Part shown: piece by piece, positions 17,732 to 27,230 of the stretch | Numbering within the stretch: the first letter of the stretch is position 1 | How the letters are laid out: each line of letters begins with the position of its first letter | From: Anderseniella sp. | GTDB taxonomy: Bacteria > Pseudomonadota > Alphaproteobacteria > Rhizobiales > Aestuariivirgaceae | Length of the DNA stretch: 49,393 nucleotides | NCBI GenBank assembly: GCA_036350935.1 | Contig: JAZBOA010000095.1 | Location: 1-49,393 of the forward strand | Direction of reading: 5' to 3' | The notes under the pieces: model-generated | The model's database searches: none | Told to the model about the DNA's origin: nothing | What the model saw: only the letters and a program-made list of their open reading frames with translations | Made by a program: the position numbers and the translations under genes

Positions 17732-18670
17732 TCAGGCTTTGCCGTTGCGCGCTTCCTTCAGATAGTAATTCGCCTTGCGGCCATAGATCAGCCCGCGCAG
17801 CAGCCTGCGAACCCGCTCGGACTTGCGCAGCGGGTCGATCGCCGCGCGCATCGCGTCATGGCCGAATACCTTCATCGCGTCGGCAACCGGCCGCACGCCA
17901 GGCCCCGCCTGCGGCAGGCCGAAGCGGCGCAAGGTGCCGTTCAACAGCCGGATCTTGTTGAGTCTCAGCACCTCGGGCGTTTTCCAGGTCATCGCCATGG
18001 AAATGCAGTAGTCATCGCCGGTGCGCACCCAGTGCGGCTGGGTGTATGGAATGTGCACGCCATCACCGGCATTGAGCGCGAACACCTGGGCGCGCGCCTC
18101 GAAACCTGGTTCGTAATGCTGGTTGCGGTGCTTGGAAGGCGCGATCTCGCGGGCCTCTTCAGATACCAGCGCGCCATCGCCATTGTCGAACAGGTGCACG
18201 AACTTCTCGCCACGGATGTTCACCAGCACGTTCTCTTCCATGTCGATGTGAAACGGCGTGGTTGACCTGGCCGACGACACGAAGATGAAACCCTGCAGGT
18301 CGGAAAAGCCGTCACGCGGCAACCCGGAAGCTTCTGACAGATCGCCGGCGAACTGCTCCAGCAACGCCCGGTATGCCGGATCATGCTCGACGTTCTTGAT
18401 CACCAGCCAGGCATGCGCGGTTTCAATCTGCCGGATCACCTGGTCCGCATCCATCTCAAGGCCCGGCACGTCTTCCGGCCTGACGCCTGGCGGCACGTTG
18501 CCCGAATTGTACTCGATACGGTCACGCGGCATCGACTTGGCAAGGTCAACCAGCCGGTCAAGCTGGAACAGCGGGTTGCTGGCGAACCCATGACGGATCT
18601 GGAACGGCGCCTTGTAGAGTTTCTGCCGGTCGGCCGGGGCGAGGGAGAGGGGCTGGGCGGTCATCATCAT
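17732..18670 (-). CDS. JmjC/cupin-like Fe(II)/2-oxoglutarate oxygenase
   Basis: TTPFHIDMEEN...IRGEK...GDGVHIP...PHWV gives an HxD...H triad; ATGA overlap with the upstream GNAT. Confidence 0.75.
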   Translation of the reverse strand: MMMTAQPLSLAPADRQKLYKAPFQIRHGFASNPLFQLDRLVDLAKSMPRDRIEYNSGNVPPGVRPEDVPGLEMDADQVIRQIETAHAWLVIKNVEHDPAYRALLEQFAGDLSEASGLPRDGFSDLQGFIFVSSARSTTPFHIDMEENVLVNIRGEKFVHLFDNGDGALVSEEAREIAPSKHRNQHYEPGFEARAQVFALNAGDGVHIPYTQPHWVRTGDDYCISMAMTWKTPEVLRLNKIRLLNGTLRRFGLPQAGPGVRPVADAMKVFGHDAMRAAIDPLRKSERVRRLLRGLIYGRKANYYLKEARNGKA

Positions 18671-19815
18671 TTTCCCTTCTGGAGGAGGTGACGGAGGGCC
18701 TTGAGACGGCGGAAGGCGGAACGGCGGACCCGCTCGAGGCCGTGAATGATCCCGAACATCGCACCAGGCTTGCACGGATTGCCGATCAGCACGTCGCGTA
18801 CTTCCAGCCGGTCTTTCCACAGGTGATCGATCATCGGGTGACCGGGCGCCGCGCAGCTGTCGGCAAACATGAGCTGATCGTCGTCGAACAGCGTGCGCGT
18901 CGCTTCCAGGATGAGAAGCTGGCCAGGCGAGAACCGGTTCAGGCTCTCATCGTGCGCCATCTTGACGATGGAGGCGGTCGCGCCGTTGCGCACCCCGAAC
19001 ATCATCGCCACCGGCTTGCCGTCAAGTGTCATCGACCACGTCATCAACTTGCCTGCCGCGTCGAGCTCGGCGAGGCTGGAGCGCACAAATCGTGTCAACG
19101 CACCGGACTGGCCAATGGCGGTGCCCGCCTCGCCTTTCCAGCCTGCCTGTTCCAGCGCGATGAAGCTGTCGATCCATTGTGAAAGCCCCGCCTCACCGGC
19201 AGCCCTGACATCGACACCGAGCTCCCCGGGTTCCGCCAGCCGGCTCTTCAGGCGGCGCAGTTCCTTGCGCCGCTTGCGCGCAAACGTCTCCTCGAACCAG
19301 GCCTCGAAATCACCGTTGCAACGCAGGGCAGCGCGCTTGCGGTCGTCCATGAAGCGGATCGGCGCACCGATCGCCGCGCAGGCATCGACCAGCACGCTCG
19401 ACACGACATGATGACCGGTAACGTGCGACAGTAGCAGCGCAGTGGCGCCGGTCTTTTCGAAAATGGCCTCGATCAGTCCGGCGCAGTTGCCGGCCGGATC
19501 ATCGGTGTTTATCAGCGGCGTGCCGGAGATCGGAAAATCACCGAACCAGCTTTCTGCATGGGCGAGAGGCAGGCCCCATCGCCAGCGCTTGCGTTCCACC
19601 ACGGCATATCCGCCGGACTGCCCGTTCGCCGCCAGCGTTTGCACGGCCTCAACCTGTCCCGGCCTGGCGCACGTAGCCAGCATCGGCCCGATCCAGTCCG
19701 GGCTCAGCGTGAAGTTCGGCTCCAGCGCATTCGCCGAAAGCCAGCCGCTGCCACCGGACACGCTTTCAGGCCTTGCAGGCTGAGCATTGGCAAACTTCGA
19801 GACAGGCATCTGCAT
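18667..19815 (-). CDS. GNAT-family protein of the CelD/BcsL (Acetyltransf_6) type
   Basis: RKRRKELRRLKSRL, LEQAGWKG, FSPGQLL, DSCAAPGHPMIDHLW. Confidence 0.8.
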   Translation of the reverse strand: MQMPVSKFANAQPARPESVSGGSGWLSANALEPNFTLSPDWIGPMLATCARPGQVEAVQTLAANGQSGGYAVVERKRWRWGLPLAHAESWFGDFPISGTPLINTDDPAGNCAGLIEAIFEKTGATALLLSHVTGHHVVSSVLVDACAAIGAPIRFMDDRKRAALRCNGDFEAWFEETFARKRRKELRRLKSRLAEPGELGVDVRAAGEAGLSQWIDSFIALEQAGWKGEAGTAIGQSGALTRFVRSSLAELDAAGKLMTWSMTLDGKPVAMMFGVRNGATASIVKMAHDESLNRFSPGQLLILEATRTLFDDDQLMFADSCAAPGHPMIDHLWKDRLEVRDVLIGNPCKPGAMFGIIHGLERVRRSAFRRLKALRHLLQKGK

Positions 19816-19948
19816 GGCCGCATACCGGTTCCGTAAAGGGACACTGATACGCGTCTACAGCAATCCACATACCAGATGCTTTACCTGATCAGGACCACCT
19901 GCTGCCGTCGTTAACGAAACCTTTACACCACGCCACCGGACGGCGGCG

Positions 19949-20485
19949 TCAACCAGCAAACCCGCCCCCGTCGAGAAACTGTTGCTCTTCGGGCGTCGTG
20001 GCGCGGCCCAGGAGCCGGTTGCGGTGCGGAAACCGGCCAAACCTCGCGATGATGTCGCGGTGTTCGATGGCATGAGGCAGCGTGCCGTCAAGTCCCGCGT
20101 CGCGGCACAACTCGACGCATCTTTGCTGGTCCGCCAGTTTTTCCGAGTGCATGAACGGTATCACGTGCCAGCGGTACTCGGCCAGGGGCAACGCCATCCG
20201 GTCGCCCGCCGCAATCGCCATGTTGGCTACATGCAGCGCCTGCGCATCATGAGCGAACATGGCCGGCGTGCCACGCGCAAGGTTGCGGCTCAGCTGGTCG
20301 AGCAGCAGCACCAGGCCAAGCCGCCCGTCCACCGTCTCCCTCCAGCCGTCAAGACGCCCTGCCGCCGCATCCGCATGCAACGCGCCAAATCTTTCTGCCA
20401 GTTCGGCATCGAAGGCCGGATCCACCGAGAACAGCCGCTCATCCGGCTGCCCCATCCAGTAATCGATCAGGTCGCGCGGGTTCAT
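19949..20485 (-). CDS. DUF924-family protein
   Basis: LLDQLSRN, PFMHSE, RFGRFPHRN; true start MNPRDL at 20485. Confidence 0.88.
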   Translation of the reverse strand: MNPRDLIDYWMGQPDERLFSVDPAFDAELAERFGALHADAAAGRLDGWRETVDGRLGLVLLLDQLSRNLARGTPAMFAHDAQALHVANMAIAAGDRMALPLAEYRWHVIPFMHSEKLADQQRCVELCRDAGLDGTLPHAIEHRDIIARFGRFPHRNRLLGRATTPEEQQFLDGGGFAG

Positions 20486-20892
20486 GCCGTACCGTCCATG
20501 CCGAAGGCGACGTCGCGCCGTGCCGAGCGGATGGAAATGGAATAGCCCGCCACCACGTCGATCAGCGAAATGCCCAGCAGCATGAAGAACGGCGCCGTGC
20601 CCGCCTGCGGCACAAGCAGGAACTCCACCAGCATGGCGATGAACACGCCCGTCGACATGATATGGTCGATGATGGTCAGCGAGCCGACCCGGGCTGCCTT
20701 CAGAACCTCGACGAACAGCAGGAACAGAGCCGCCAGGATCAGCACGTCCGCCCACTGCAGCGCCAGCGATGCGCCCGACATCATGTTGACCCGCACCGCT
20801 TCTGCCCACAGCGAACCGGGCTCCCAGAACGCCATGACGTTGTAGGCAACGAACACCAGCAGCAGCAGCGGAAAGGCAATGATGAAGCGCAT
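20482..20892 (-). CDS. Small hypothetical membrane protein (about four TM segments)
   Basis: Hydrophobic ORF with IIDH and DVVAG; ATGA overlap with DUF924. Confidence 0.75.
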   Translation of the reverse strand: MRFIIAFPLLLLVFVAYNVMAFWEPGSLWAEAVRVNMMSGASLALQWADVLILAALFLLFVEVLKAARVGSLTIIDHIMSTGVFIAMLVEFLLVPQAGTAPFFMLLGISLIDVVAGYSISIRSARRDVAFGMDGTA

Positions 20893-21026
20893 GGGCCGAG
20901 TCTCGTGAATCAGTTTCAGTGCTGACAACGAGGCTTAGATCATTTTCAACGCGACGGCAAAACCAGAAGGCCGGCGAAGCTTCATGCCCCGCCGGCCCAA
21001 AACTGGTCAACCAACTGGTGAGAGCC

Positions 21027-21212
21027 TCAGAAGTCGCCCTTCGGCTCCAGCACCTGGCGGCCCCTGTACATGCCGGTCTTCAGGTCGATGTGGTGCGGAC
21101 GGTGAAGTTCACCGGTCTGCTTGTTTTCCACGTAGGTCGAGCCCGGCACCTTGTGGCCGGAACGGCGCATGCCGCGCTTGGACGGCGTGGTTTTTCGCTT
21201 TGGAACAGCCAT
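21027..21212 (-). CDS. rpmF: 50S ribosomal protein L32 (cysteine-free type)
   Basis: [18 protein letters not shown]...[21 protein letters not shown]. Confidence 0.97.
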   Translation of the reverse strand: MAVPKRKTTPSKRGMRRSGHKVPGSTYVENKQTGELHRPHHIDLKTGMYRGRQVLEPKGDF

Positions 21213-21508
21213 GACAAACTCCGTATGTGCGTGGGCCGCGTGCGCTTCGAGAGGCCGCAAACAGCCAGAAATTCCTGATCAGAAGAACCTGAATGCGGCG
21301 GCTTATAGCCCGGTAGCGGGCAAAACACCAGAGCAGAATTGCATCAGCTGAGCCTGCTGTTCCAGCCAGCGCCAATTTGTCACCCGCTCGCCAGGCAAGC
21401 CAACCTGACAGAACGTTGACAGGTCCGGTCAGCAAACCTGCAGGCGGCCTGTGTTGATTTGCATCCGTCTCAACGGGGAAAGCCCACAACAACTGAAAGG
21501 ATGTTCAA

Positions 21509-21778
21509 ATGAAAACCACAGCCATTCTTGCCCTCGCCAGTCTCGCCCTGATGTCGGGCACCGCGCTTGCCTCGTCAAGCGACTGCAACGAGCCAAGGGA
21601 CAAGTGGATGTCCATGGACCAGGCCCGGGCCAAGGTCACGGCCATGGGCTATGACGTGCGCAAGCTCGAGGTCGATGACGGCTGCTACGAAGCCTACGCA
21701 ACGAAGGATGGCAAGCGGCTCGAGATCTACCTCAATCCGGTCACCGCCGAAATCGTCAAGATGAAGGAAGACGACTGA
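21509..21778 (+). CDS. PepSY-domain exported protein
   Basis: Signal peptide; GYDVRKLEVDDGCYEAY...EIYLNPVT. Confidence 0.85.
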   Translation: MKTTAILALASLALMSGTALASSSDCNEPRDKWMSMDQARAKVTAMGYDVRKLEVDDGCYEAYATKDGKRLEIYLNPVTAEIVKMKEDD

Positions 21779-22338
21779 TGACAGAGGCCAGTTCATCGGC
21801 CAACGCCGGCAGCGATCCGCTGCCGGCCGAGGTCCGGGTCTGGGACCCTTTCGTGCGCATGTTTCACTGGTCGCTGGTTGGCTTGTTCGCATTTGCCTTC
21901 GCCACCGGTGACGAGTGGGACAGGCCGCACGAGATAGCCGGCTACATCATCGCCGGGCTTGTCGCGTTGCGGGTCTTCTGGGGCTTCGTGGGAAGCAGTC
22001 ATGCCCGCTTCGCCGACTTCGTGCGCGGTCCCGGAGAAGTCATCCGGTTCGTGCGGGACACACTGCGCTTCCGCGCCCCGCGCCATCTCGGTCACAACCC
22101 CGCCGGCGGCATCATGGTGGTGGCGTTGCTGCTGGCCATCTCGGTGGTTTGCGCGACTGGCTACATGATGACAACCAATGCCTTCTGGGGCGCCGAATGG
22201 GTCGAGGAAGTGCACGAAGTGGCAGTGTACGGCACGCTGGGTCTCGTGTTGCTGCATGTGCTGGGCGTCATCGCCGCCAGCTCGGAGCACAGCGAAAACC
22301 TGGTTCTCGCCATGTTCACCGGCCGCAAGCGCCGCTGA
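21778..22338 (+). CDS. Cytochrome b/b6-domain membrane protein (hydrogenase cytochrome b-like)
   Basis: VWDPFVRMFHW, HEIAGY, GHNPAG, EVHE, LHVLG. Confidence 0.88.
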   Translation: MTEASSSANAGSDPLPAEVRVWDPFVRMFHWSLVGLFAFAFATGDEWDRPHEIAGYIIAGLVALRVFWGFVGSSHARFADFVRGPGEVIRFVRDTLRFRAPRHLGHNPAGGIMVVALLLAISVVCATGYMMTTNAFWGAEWVEEVHEVAVYGTLGLVLLHVLGVIAASSEHSENLVLAMFTGRKRR

Positions 22339-22396
22339 ACGCAAAACACCAGTCAGGCAGGCCAAGGTGAAGCCGCCAGACGCTGGCTGCCTGAGT

Positions 22397-23092
22397 TCAA
22401 TCGAGCTTCAGGCAATCGAGATACGGCACCGTTGAATTGACCCTCCGGCGGATGGTGCGCGCCTTGGCACGGACCTGCGGGCCCGGCTGTCCCGCATCGC
22501 GCACCGCCGGGTTGGGCAGCGCCGCCGCCAGCCGCGCCGCCTGGTCCCGGCTGAGGGACTTGCCCGACTTGCCGAAATGATGCTGGGCCGCTGCCTCGGC
22601 GCCATAGATGCCGGGCGCCCACTCGGCAATGTTGACGTACACCTCGACGATACGCCGCTTGCTCCAGACGAGATCGATCCACAGCGCCAGCGGCAGCTCA
22701 AGCGCCTTGCGCAGATATGACCGCGACGGCCACAGGAACAGGTTCTTCGCCACCTGCTGGGTAATGGTCGACCCACCCCGCCTGGCGCCGCCTTCGCGCC
22801 CGACCGTCTCGCGCACCACTTCCCGCAGCACACCCCACTCAACGCCGCTGTGGCGGCAGATGCCGGCATCCTCGGCTGTCACCACCGCGCGCACCAGGTT
22901 CTGCGACGTCTCCGCCAGCGGCCGCCAGCGATAGTCTATCGGGTTGCCCTCCAGCTTCTTCCACAGCATCGTGGCGCTGACCGGCGGCGGCACCAGCGCG
23001 TAGGCCAGCGTGAGCACGTAGGGCAGCAGCAGGACCGTGCCAACGGCTGCCAGCAAGATCCTTGTCCAGCGGTTTCGCAGCAGATTTCGCAT
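22397..23092 (-). CDS. mtgA: Monofunctional peptidoglycan transglycosylase
   Basis: AED...H, RGGSTITQQVAKNLFL, RKALE, YVNIAEW, LPNP. Confidence 0.93.
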   Translation of the reverse strand: MRNLLRNRWTRILLAAVGTVLLLPYVLTLAYALVPPPVSATMLWKKLEGNPIDYRWRPLAETSQNLVRAVVTAEDAGICRHSGVEWGVLREVVRETVGREGGARRGGSTITQQVAKNLFLWPSRSYLRKALELPLALWIDLVWSKRRIVEVYVNIAEWAPGIYGAEAAAQHHFGKSGKSLSRDQAARLAAALPNPAVRDAGQPGPQVRAKARTIRRRVNSTVPYLDCLKLD

Positions 23093-23226
23093 TGCTCTCG
23101 CAAGCTTCCCGGTTGCAGTCTCACGAAGGCGGCCCTAGAAGGATCGCCAGATCATGACCGCTCCGACCAATAGCCCAGCCGGTGAGCGGATCAAACCAGA
23201 ATTGCCACGAGGAGCACGGACGTACC

Positions 23227-24114
23227 ATGACGTTCCAGGCCGCGCTGAAGAAGACTGCCAATGAAATAGAAGCGTTGCTCGATACGCTGTTGACGCTCGA
23301 TACTTCCCTGGCGCCCCGGGTGACCGAGGCGATGCGCTACTCTGCGCTGGCCCAGGGCAAGCGGCTGAGACCCTTCTTCGTGGCCGAAAGCGCCCGCATC
23401 CTGGGCGCCAGTCATCACCAGGCCTTGCGCGTTGGCGCCGCGCTTGAGTGCATCCACTGCTATTCGCTGGTGCATGACGACCTGCCGGCCATGGACGACG
23501 ACGACCTGCGCCGCGGCAAGCCCACCTGCCATATCGCCTATGACGAGGCCACCGCCATCCTGGCCGGTGACGGCCTGCTCACCGTGGCCTTCGAGATTGT
23601 GACCGATCCCGCCACCCATGCCGATGGCGCGGTGCGCGCCGAACTGGCGCTGGAGCTTGCCCGCGCCTCGGGCCACAATGGCATGGTCGGCGGCCAGATG
23701 CTCGACCTGGCAGCAGAGGAAAAGCAGAGTCACGACCTCGACGAGATCATCGCCATCCAGAGCCTCAAGACCGGCGCCCTGTTCCGCTACTCGCTGGAAG
23801 GTGGCGCCATCCTGGCCCAGGCTGGAGCAGAAGACCGCGCGCGGATGCGCACCTACGCCGACAAGGTAGGCCTCGCCTTCCAGATCGCCGATGACGTACT
23901 TGATGTCGAAAGCTCGCCTGAACAACTCGGCAAGGCCACCCAGAAGGACGCCGAAGCGGGCAAGGCCACCTTCATCGACCTGTTCGGCCTGGACGGTGCA
24001 AAGGCGCGCGCCAGCAGCCTTGCGGATGAGGCAATCGACGCCCTGTCAGCCTATGGCAGCAAGGCGGATGTGCTGCGTGAGGCCGCCCGGTTCATCGTCG
24101 AGCGCAAGAACTGA
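23227..24114 (+). CDS. ispA: Farnesyl diphosphate synthase
   Basis: GKRLRP, HDDLPAMDDDDLRRG, GGQMLD, KTGAL, FQIADD. Confidence 0.93.
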   Translation: MTFQAALKKTANEIEALLDTLLTLDTSLAPRVTEAMRYSALAQGKRLRPFFVAESARILGASHHQALRVGAALECIHCYSLVHDDLPAMDDDDLRRGKPTCHIAYDEATAILAGDGLLTVAFEIVTDPATHADGAVRAELALELARASGHNGMVGGQMLDLAAEEKQSHDLDEIIAIQSLKTGALFRYSLEGGAILAQAGAEDRARMRTYADKVGLAFQIADDVLDVESSPEQLGKATQKDAEAGKATFIDLFGLDGAKARASSLADEAIDALSAYGSKADVLREAARFIVERKN

Positions 24115-24309
24115 GGCCTGATCGCTGGCGCAGGCCGGCATGTGCAGAATTGCACATCGGGCACCATCAGCCCATGTCAGTATCTTCTCACCCCATCGCT
24201 CAGGTCCCGATATCTGAACATGGCGGCCAGGATTCAACGAATGCTTCGGGACGGCTGGAGCTGGAGTGGGGTGTTCGGGATGGGTGCATGTTGTCCATCC
24301 CGGCCCACT

Positions 24310-24355
24310 CGAAACAAAACGGGAGCGGTCTACCACCGCTCCCGCTTTGCTTTCG
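24310..24355. terminator. Bidirectional terminator-like hairpin between ispA and ispG
   Basis: CGGGAGCGGT-ctacc-ACCGCTCCCG flanked by A-rich and T-rich tails. Confidence 0.65.
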
Positions 24356-24384
24356 TCCCTGTCCGGCTCTGCGGCGCTCGCGGC

Positions 24385-25632
24385 CTATGAGGCCGGACGG
24401 ATGCCGCCGCCCCAGCGGTTGACCACGTAATCGTCGACGATCTGCTTGAACTGGGCGCCGATATCGTCGCCGCGCAGCGTCTTGACCTTTTTGCCGTCAA
24501 TGAACACCGGTGCGGCCGGCACTTCGCCTGTACCGGGCAGCGAGATGCCGATGTCGGCATGTTTCGATTCGCCGGGCCCGTTGACGATGCAGCCCATCAC
24601 GGCCACTTGCAGTTCCTCGAAGCCCGGATAGGTCTTTTTCCACTCCGGCTGCTGGTCGCGCAAGTATGCCTGGATGTCCTGCGCCAGGTGCTGGAACACC
24701 GTCGAGGTGGTGCGTCCGCAGCCCGGACACGCGATCACCATCGGCGTGAACGAGCGGATACCCATCGTCTGCAGGATCTCCTGCGCCACGATGACTTCCT
24801 TGGAGCGGTCGCCACCCGGTTCCGGCGTCAGCGAGATGCGGATGGTGTCGCCGATGCCCTCCTGCAGCAGCACGCCCAGCCCGGCAGCGGACGCCACGAT
24901 GCCCTTCGATCCCATGCCGGCCTCGGTCAGGCCCAGATGCAGGGCATAATTGCTGCGCTCTGCGATTTGCCGGTAACAGGCAATGAGGTCCTGGACTTCC
25001 GACACCTTCACCGAAATCACGATCTTGTCCTGCGGCAGGCCGAGCGCCTCGGCGCGCGCCGCTGACTGCAGACCCGATTCCACCATGGTGTCGTGCATGA
25101 CCAGCCGCGCGTCCTTGGGTTCGGGCAGCCGGGCGTTCTCGTCCATCATGCGCGCCAGCATGGCCTGGTCGAGCGAACCCCAGTTGACGCCGATGCGCAC
25201 CGGCTTGTTGAACTCGATCGCCCGCTCGATCATCATCGAGAAATTGCGGTCCTGCTTTTCCTTGAAGCCCACATTGCCCGGGTTGATGCGGTACTTGGCC
25301 AGCGCTTCCGCACAAGCCGGATGATCGCGCAGCAGGGTATGGCCGATATAGTGGAAGTCACCGATCAGCGGGGTGTCGATGCCCATCTGGTCTAGCCGGT
25401 CGCGAATGTACGGTACCGCCTTGGCGGCTTCTTCCTTGTCCACCGTGATGCGAACCAGCTCGGATCCGGCGCGGGTGAGCGCTGCAACCTGCTGCGCGGT
25501 GCCTTCGATGTCGGCAGTGTCGGTATTGGTCATCGACTGAACGACAACAGGCGCGCCGCCGCCGATCTGGATCTTGTCGCCAACCTTGACGCCTACTGTG
25601 TTGCGGCGGTCCTTGACGGCCGAATAGGCCAT
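24385..25632 (-). CDS. ispG: HMBPP synthase (MEP pathway)
   Basis: [47 protein letters not shown]. Confidence 0.97.
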   Translation of the reverse strand: MAYSAVKDRRNTVGVKVGDKIQIGGGAPVVVQSMTNTDTADIEGTAQQVAALTRAGSELVRITVDKEEAAKAVPYIRDRLDQMGIDTPLIGDFHYIGHTLLRDHPACAEALAKYRINPGNVGFKEKQDRNFSMMIERAIEFNKPVRIGVNWGSLDQAMLARMMDENARLPEPKDARLVMHDTMVESGLQSAARAEALGLPQDKIVISVKVSEVQDLIACYRQIAERSNYALHLGLTEAGMGSKGIVASAAGLGVLLQEGIGDTIRISLTPEPGGDRSKEVIVAQEILQTMGIRSFTPMVIACPGCGRTTSTVFQHLAQDIQAYLRDQQPEWKKTYPGFEELQVAVMGCIVNGPGESKHADIGISLPGTGEVPAAPVFIDGKKVKTLRGDDIGAQFKQIVDDYVVNRWGGGIRPAS

Positions 25633-25833
25633 GGTTTCAGCTCCTGAAATGATGCAAATTCCGGGTTTGGGGCTTCTTCGCACAGCCGCCACGGGGTTTC
25701 AAGCAATCCATTGCCGCAGTTGCGCCGGGGCACCGGCAGCGCAAACCGCAGGTTTCGTTCATGCAGCATTCATTTTTGCAATGACCATGATATACATGGT
25801 CTACGGATCAATCCCTGGCATCGAGAACATCAC

Positions 25834-26613
25834 ATGCTCGACAAACCCATGAAGCTTATCGAGAACCTGCCCTTCGAGACCGACGGCGGCATCGCGCCGC
25901 GCGGCCGCATCGGGCTGATTGTTCTCGCCAGCGACTTCACCATTGAGCATGAATGGCGGCGCATTTTCGACGCCGTGCCAGGTGCGGCGCTCTATCACAG
26001 CCGGATTTTCAACGATAACCAGATCACCCCGGAGACACTGCGGGCCATGGAACCGCGCATCCGCGATTGCGCCGATGTGTTCCTGCCCGGGGCAAAAATG
26101 GACGTCATCGCCTATGGTTGCACCTCCGCCTCGATGGCGATTGGCGAAGAGCGGGTGTTCGAACGCATCCGTGAAGCCCGGCCCGGCGTGGCCTGCACCA
26201 CGCCGATTACCGCCGCATTCGCCGCTTTCAAGGCGTTCAAGGCCAACCGCATCGGCGTGCTGACGCCCTATCGCGCCGACGTAAACCGGATTGTCGCCGA
26301 TTATATCCGCGGGCGCGGTTTTGAAGTGCCGGTCTTCGGCTCCTTCAACGAAGAGTCGGATGCCGTGGTTGCCAGCATTTCGCCTGCCTCGATTCGCGCC
26401 GGCGTCCAGCGCCTTGCAGACGAAGGCGGCATCGACGCGGTGTTCGTCTCCTGCACGTCGGTGCGTCTGGCCGAGGCAGCCGCCGAAATCGAAGCCGAAG
26501 TCGGCTTGCCTGTCACCTCGAGCAATCACGCCATGGCCTGGCATGCCTTGCGGCTGGCCGGCGTCAATGATCAACTACCTGAATTTGGAAGGCTTTTTAC
26601 CCTTCCGGCATAA
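25834..26613 (+). CDS. Asp/Glu racemase / maleate cis-trans isomerase-family protein (EutA-like)
   Basis: RIGLIVLASD, YGCTSAS, LTPY, VSCTS, PVTSSN (two catalytic Cys). Confidence 0.85.
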   Translation: MLDKPMKLIENLPFETDGGIAPRGRIGLIVLASDFTIEHEWRRIFDAVPGAALYHSRIFNDNQITPETLRAMEPRIRDCADVFLPGAKMDVIAYGCTSASMAIGEERVFERIREARPGVACTTPITAAFAAFKAFKANRIGVLTPYRADVNRIVADYIRGRGFEVPVFGSFNEESDAVVASISPASIRAGVQRLADEGGIDAVFVSCTSVRLAEAAAEIEAEVGLPVTSSNHAMAWHALRLAGVNDQLPEFGRLFTLPA

Positions 26614-26750
26614 AGCCAGCCCGTTCGCAACAAGCACCGCGATCATCAACCAAGGGGGAGACCTGGATTGAAGCAGAACTAACAGCCAGCGAGGCAACGC
26701 AGACAACTGAAAGATAGGCGTTCAATTCTGAACTCCGGGGGGAGTAACGA

Positions 26751-27218
26751 ATGACAGACGGCACTGCGCGGCGGCGGCAGGGCAAAAAACGGATGCTTGC
26801 GACCATTCTGGACGCAATGCACCGGCTCGACGCTATATTTCCGGAAACGCGCCCGGAAACCGTGAATTTCGGCGCACTGATCATGTGCTGCCGGCTCATC
26901 CTGGCAGACGGAATCGTTCATCCGCTGGAAACCCGCTTCCTGACCCGCCTGGTTGCACCGCAGATAAAGCTGCGAAAGGATGATGTCGAATTCATCTGCG
27001 ACCGGATCGAGGGCCGCTGCATGACGGGCCGGCATCTGGAGTGGCTGATATCGTTCATGCAGTCCAGCATGGCGCCGGATGACCGCTCTGCACTGGCCGA
27101 AGCCTTGCAGGAACTGGCAGTGGCTGACCACAACCTTCACACCGCGGAACTGCAGGTCATCGACCAGGCGCTGCACCTGCTCGGCTTGAAATCCGCCCCA
27201 CGGGTTGCGGCAGGCTAG
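26751..27218 (+). CDS. TerB-like protein
   Basis: Repeated ADGxxxxxE-type motifs (LADGIVHPLE; VADHNLHTAE); strong RBS. Confidence 0.65.
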   Translation: MTDGTARRRQGKKRMLATILDAMHRLDAIFPETRPETVNFGALIMCCRLILADGIVHPLETRFLTRLVAPQIKLRKDDVEFICDRIEGRCMTGRHLEWLISFMQSSMAPDDRSALAEALQELAVADHNLHTAELQVIDQALHLLGLKSAPRVAAG

Positions 27219-27230
27219 GGTCAGCAGGAC

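Noticed and set aside
19949-21010. 353-aa extended DUF924 ORF
   Set aside because: The first half overlaps the membrane-protein gene in another frame; the real start is 20485.
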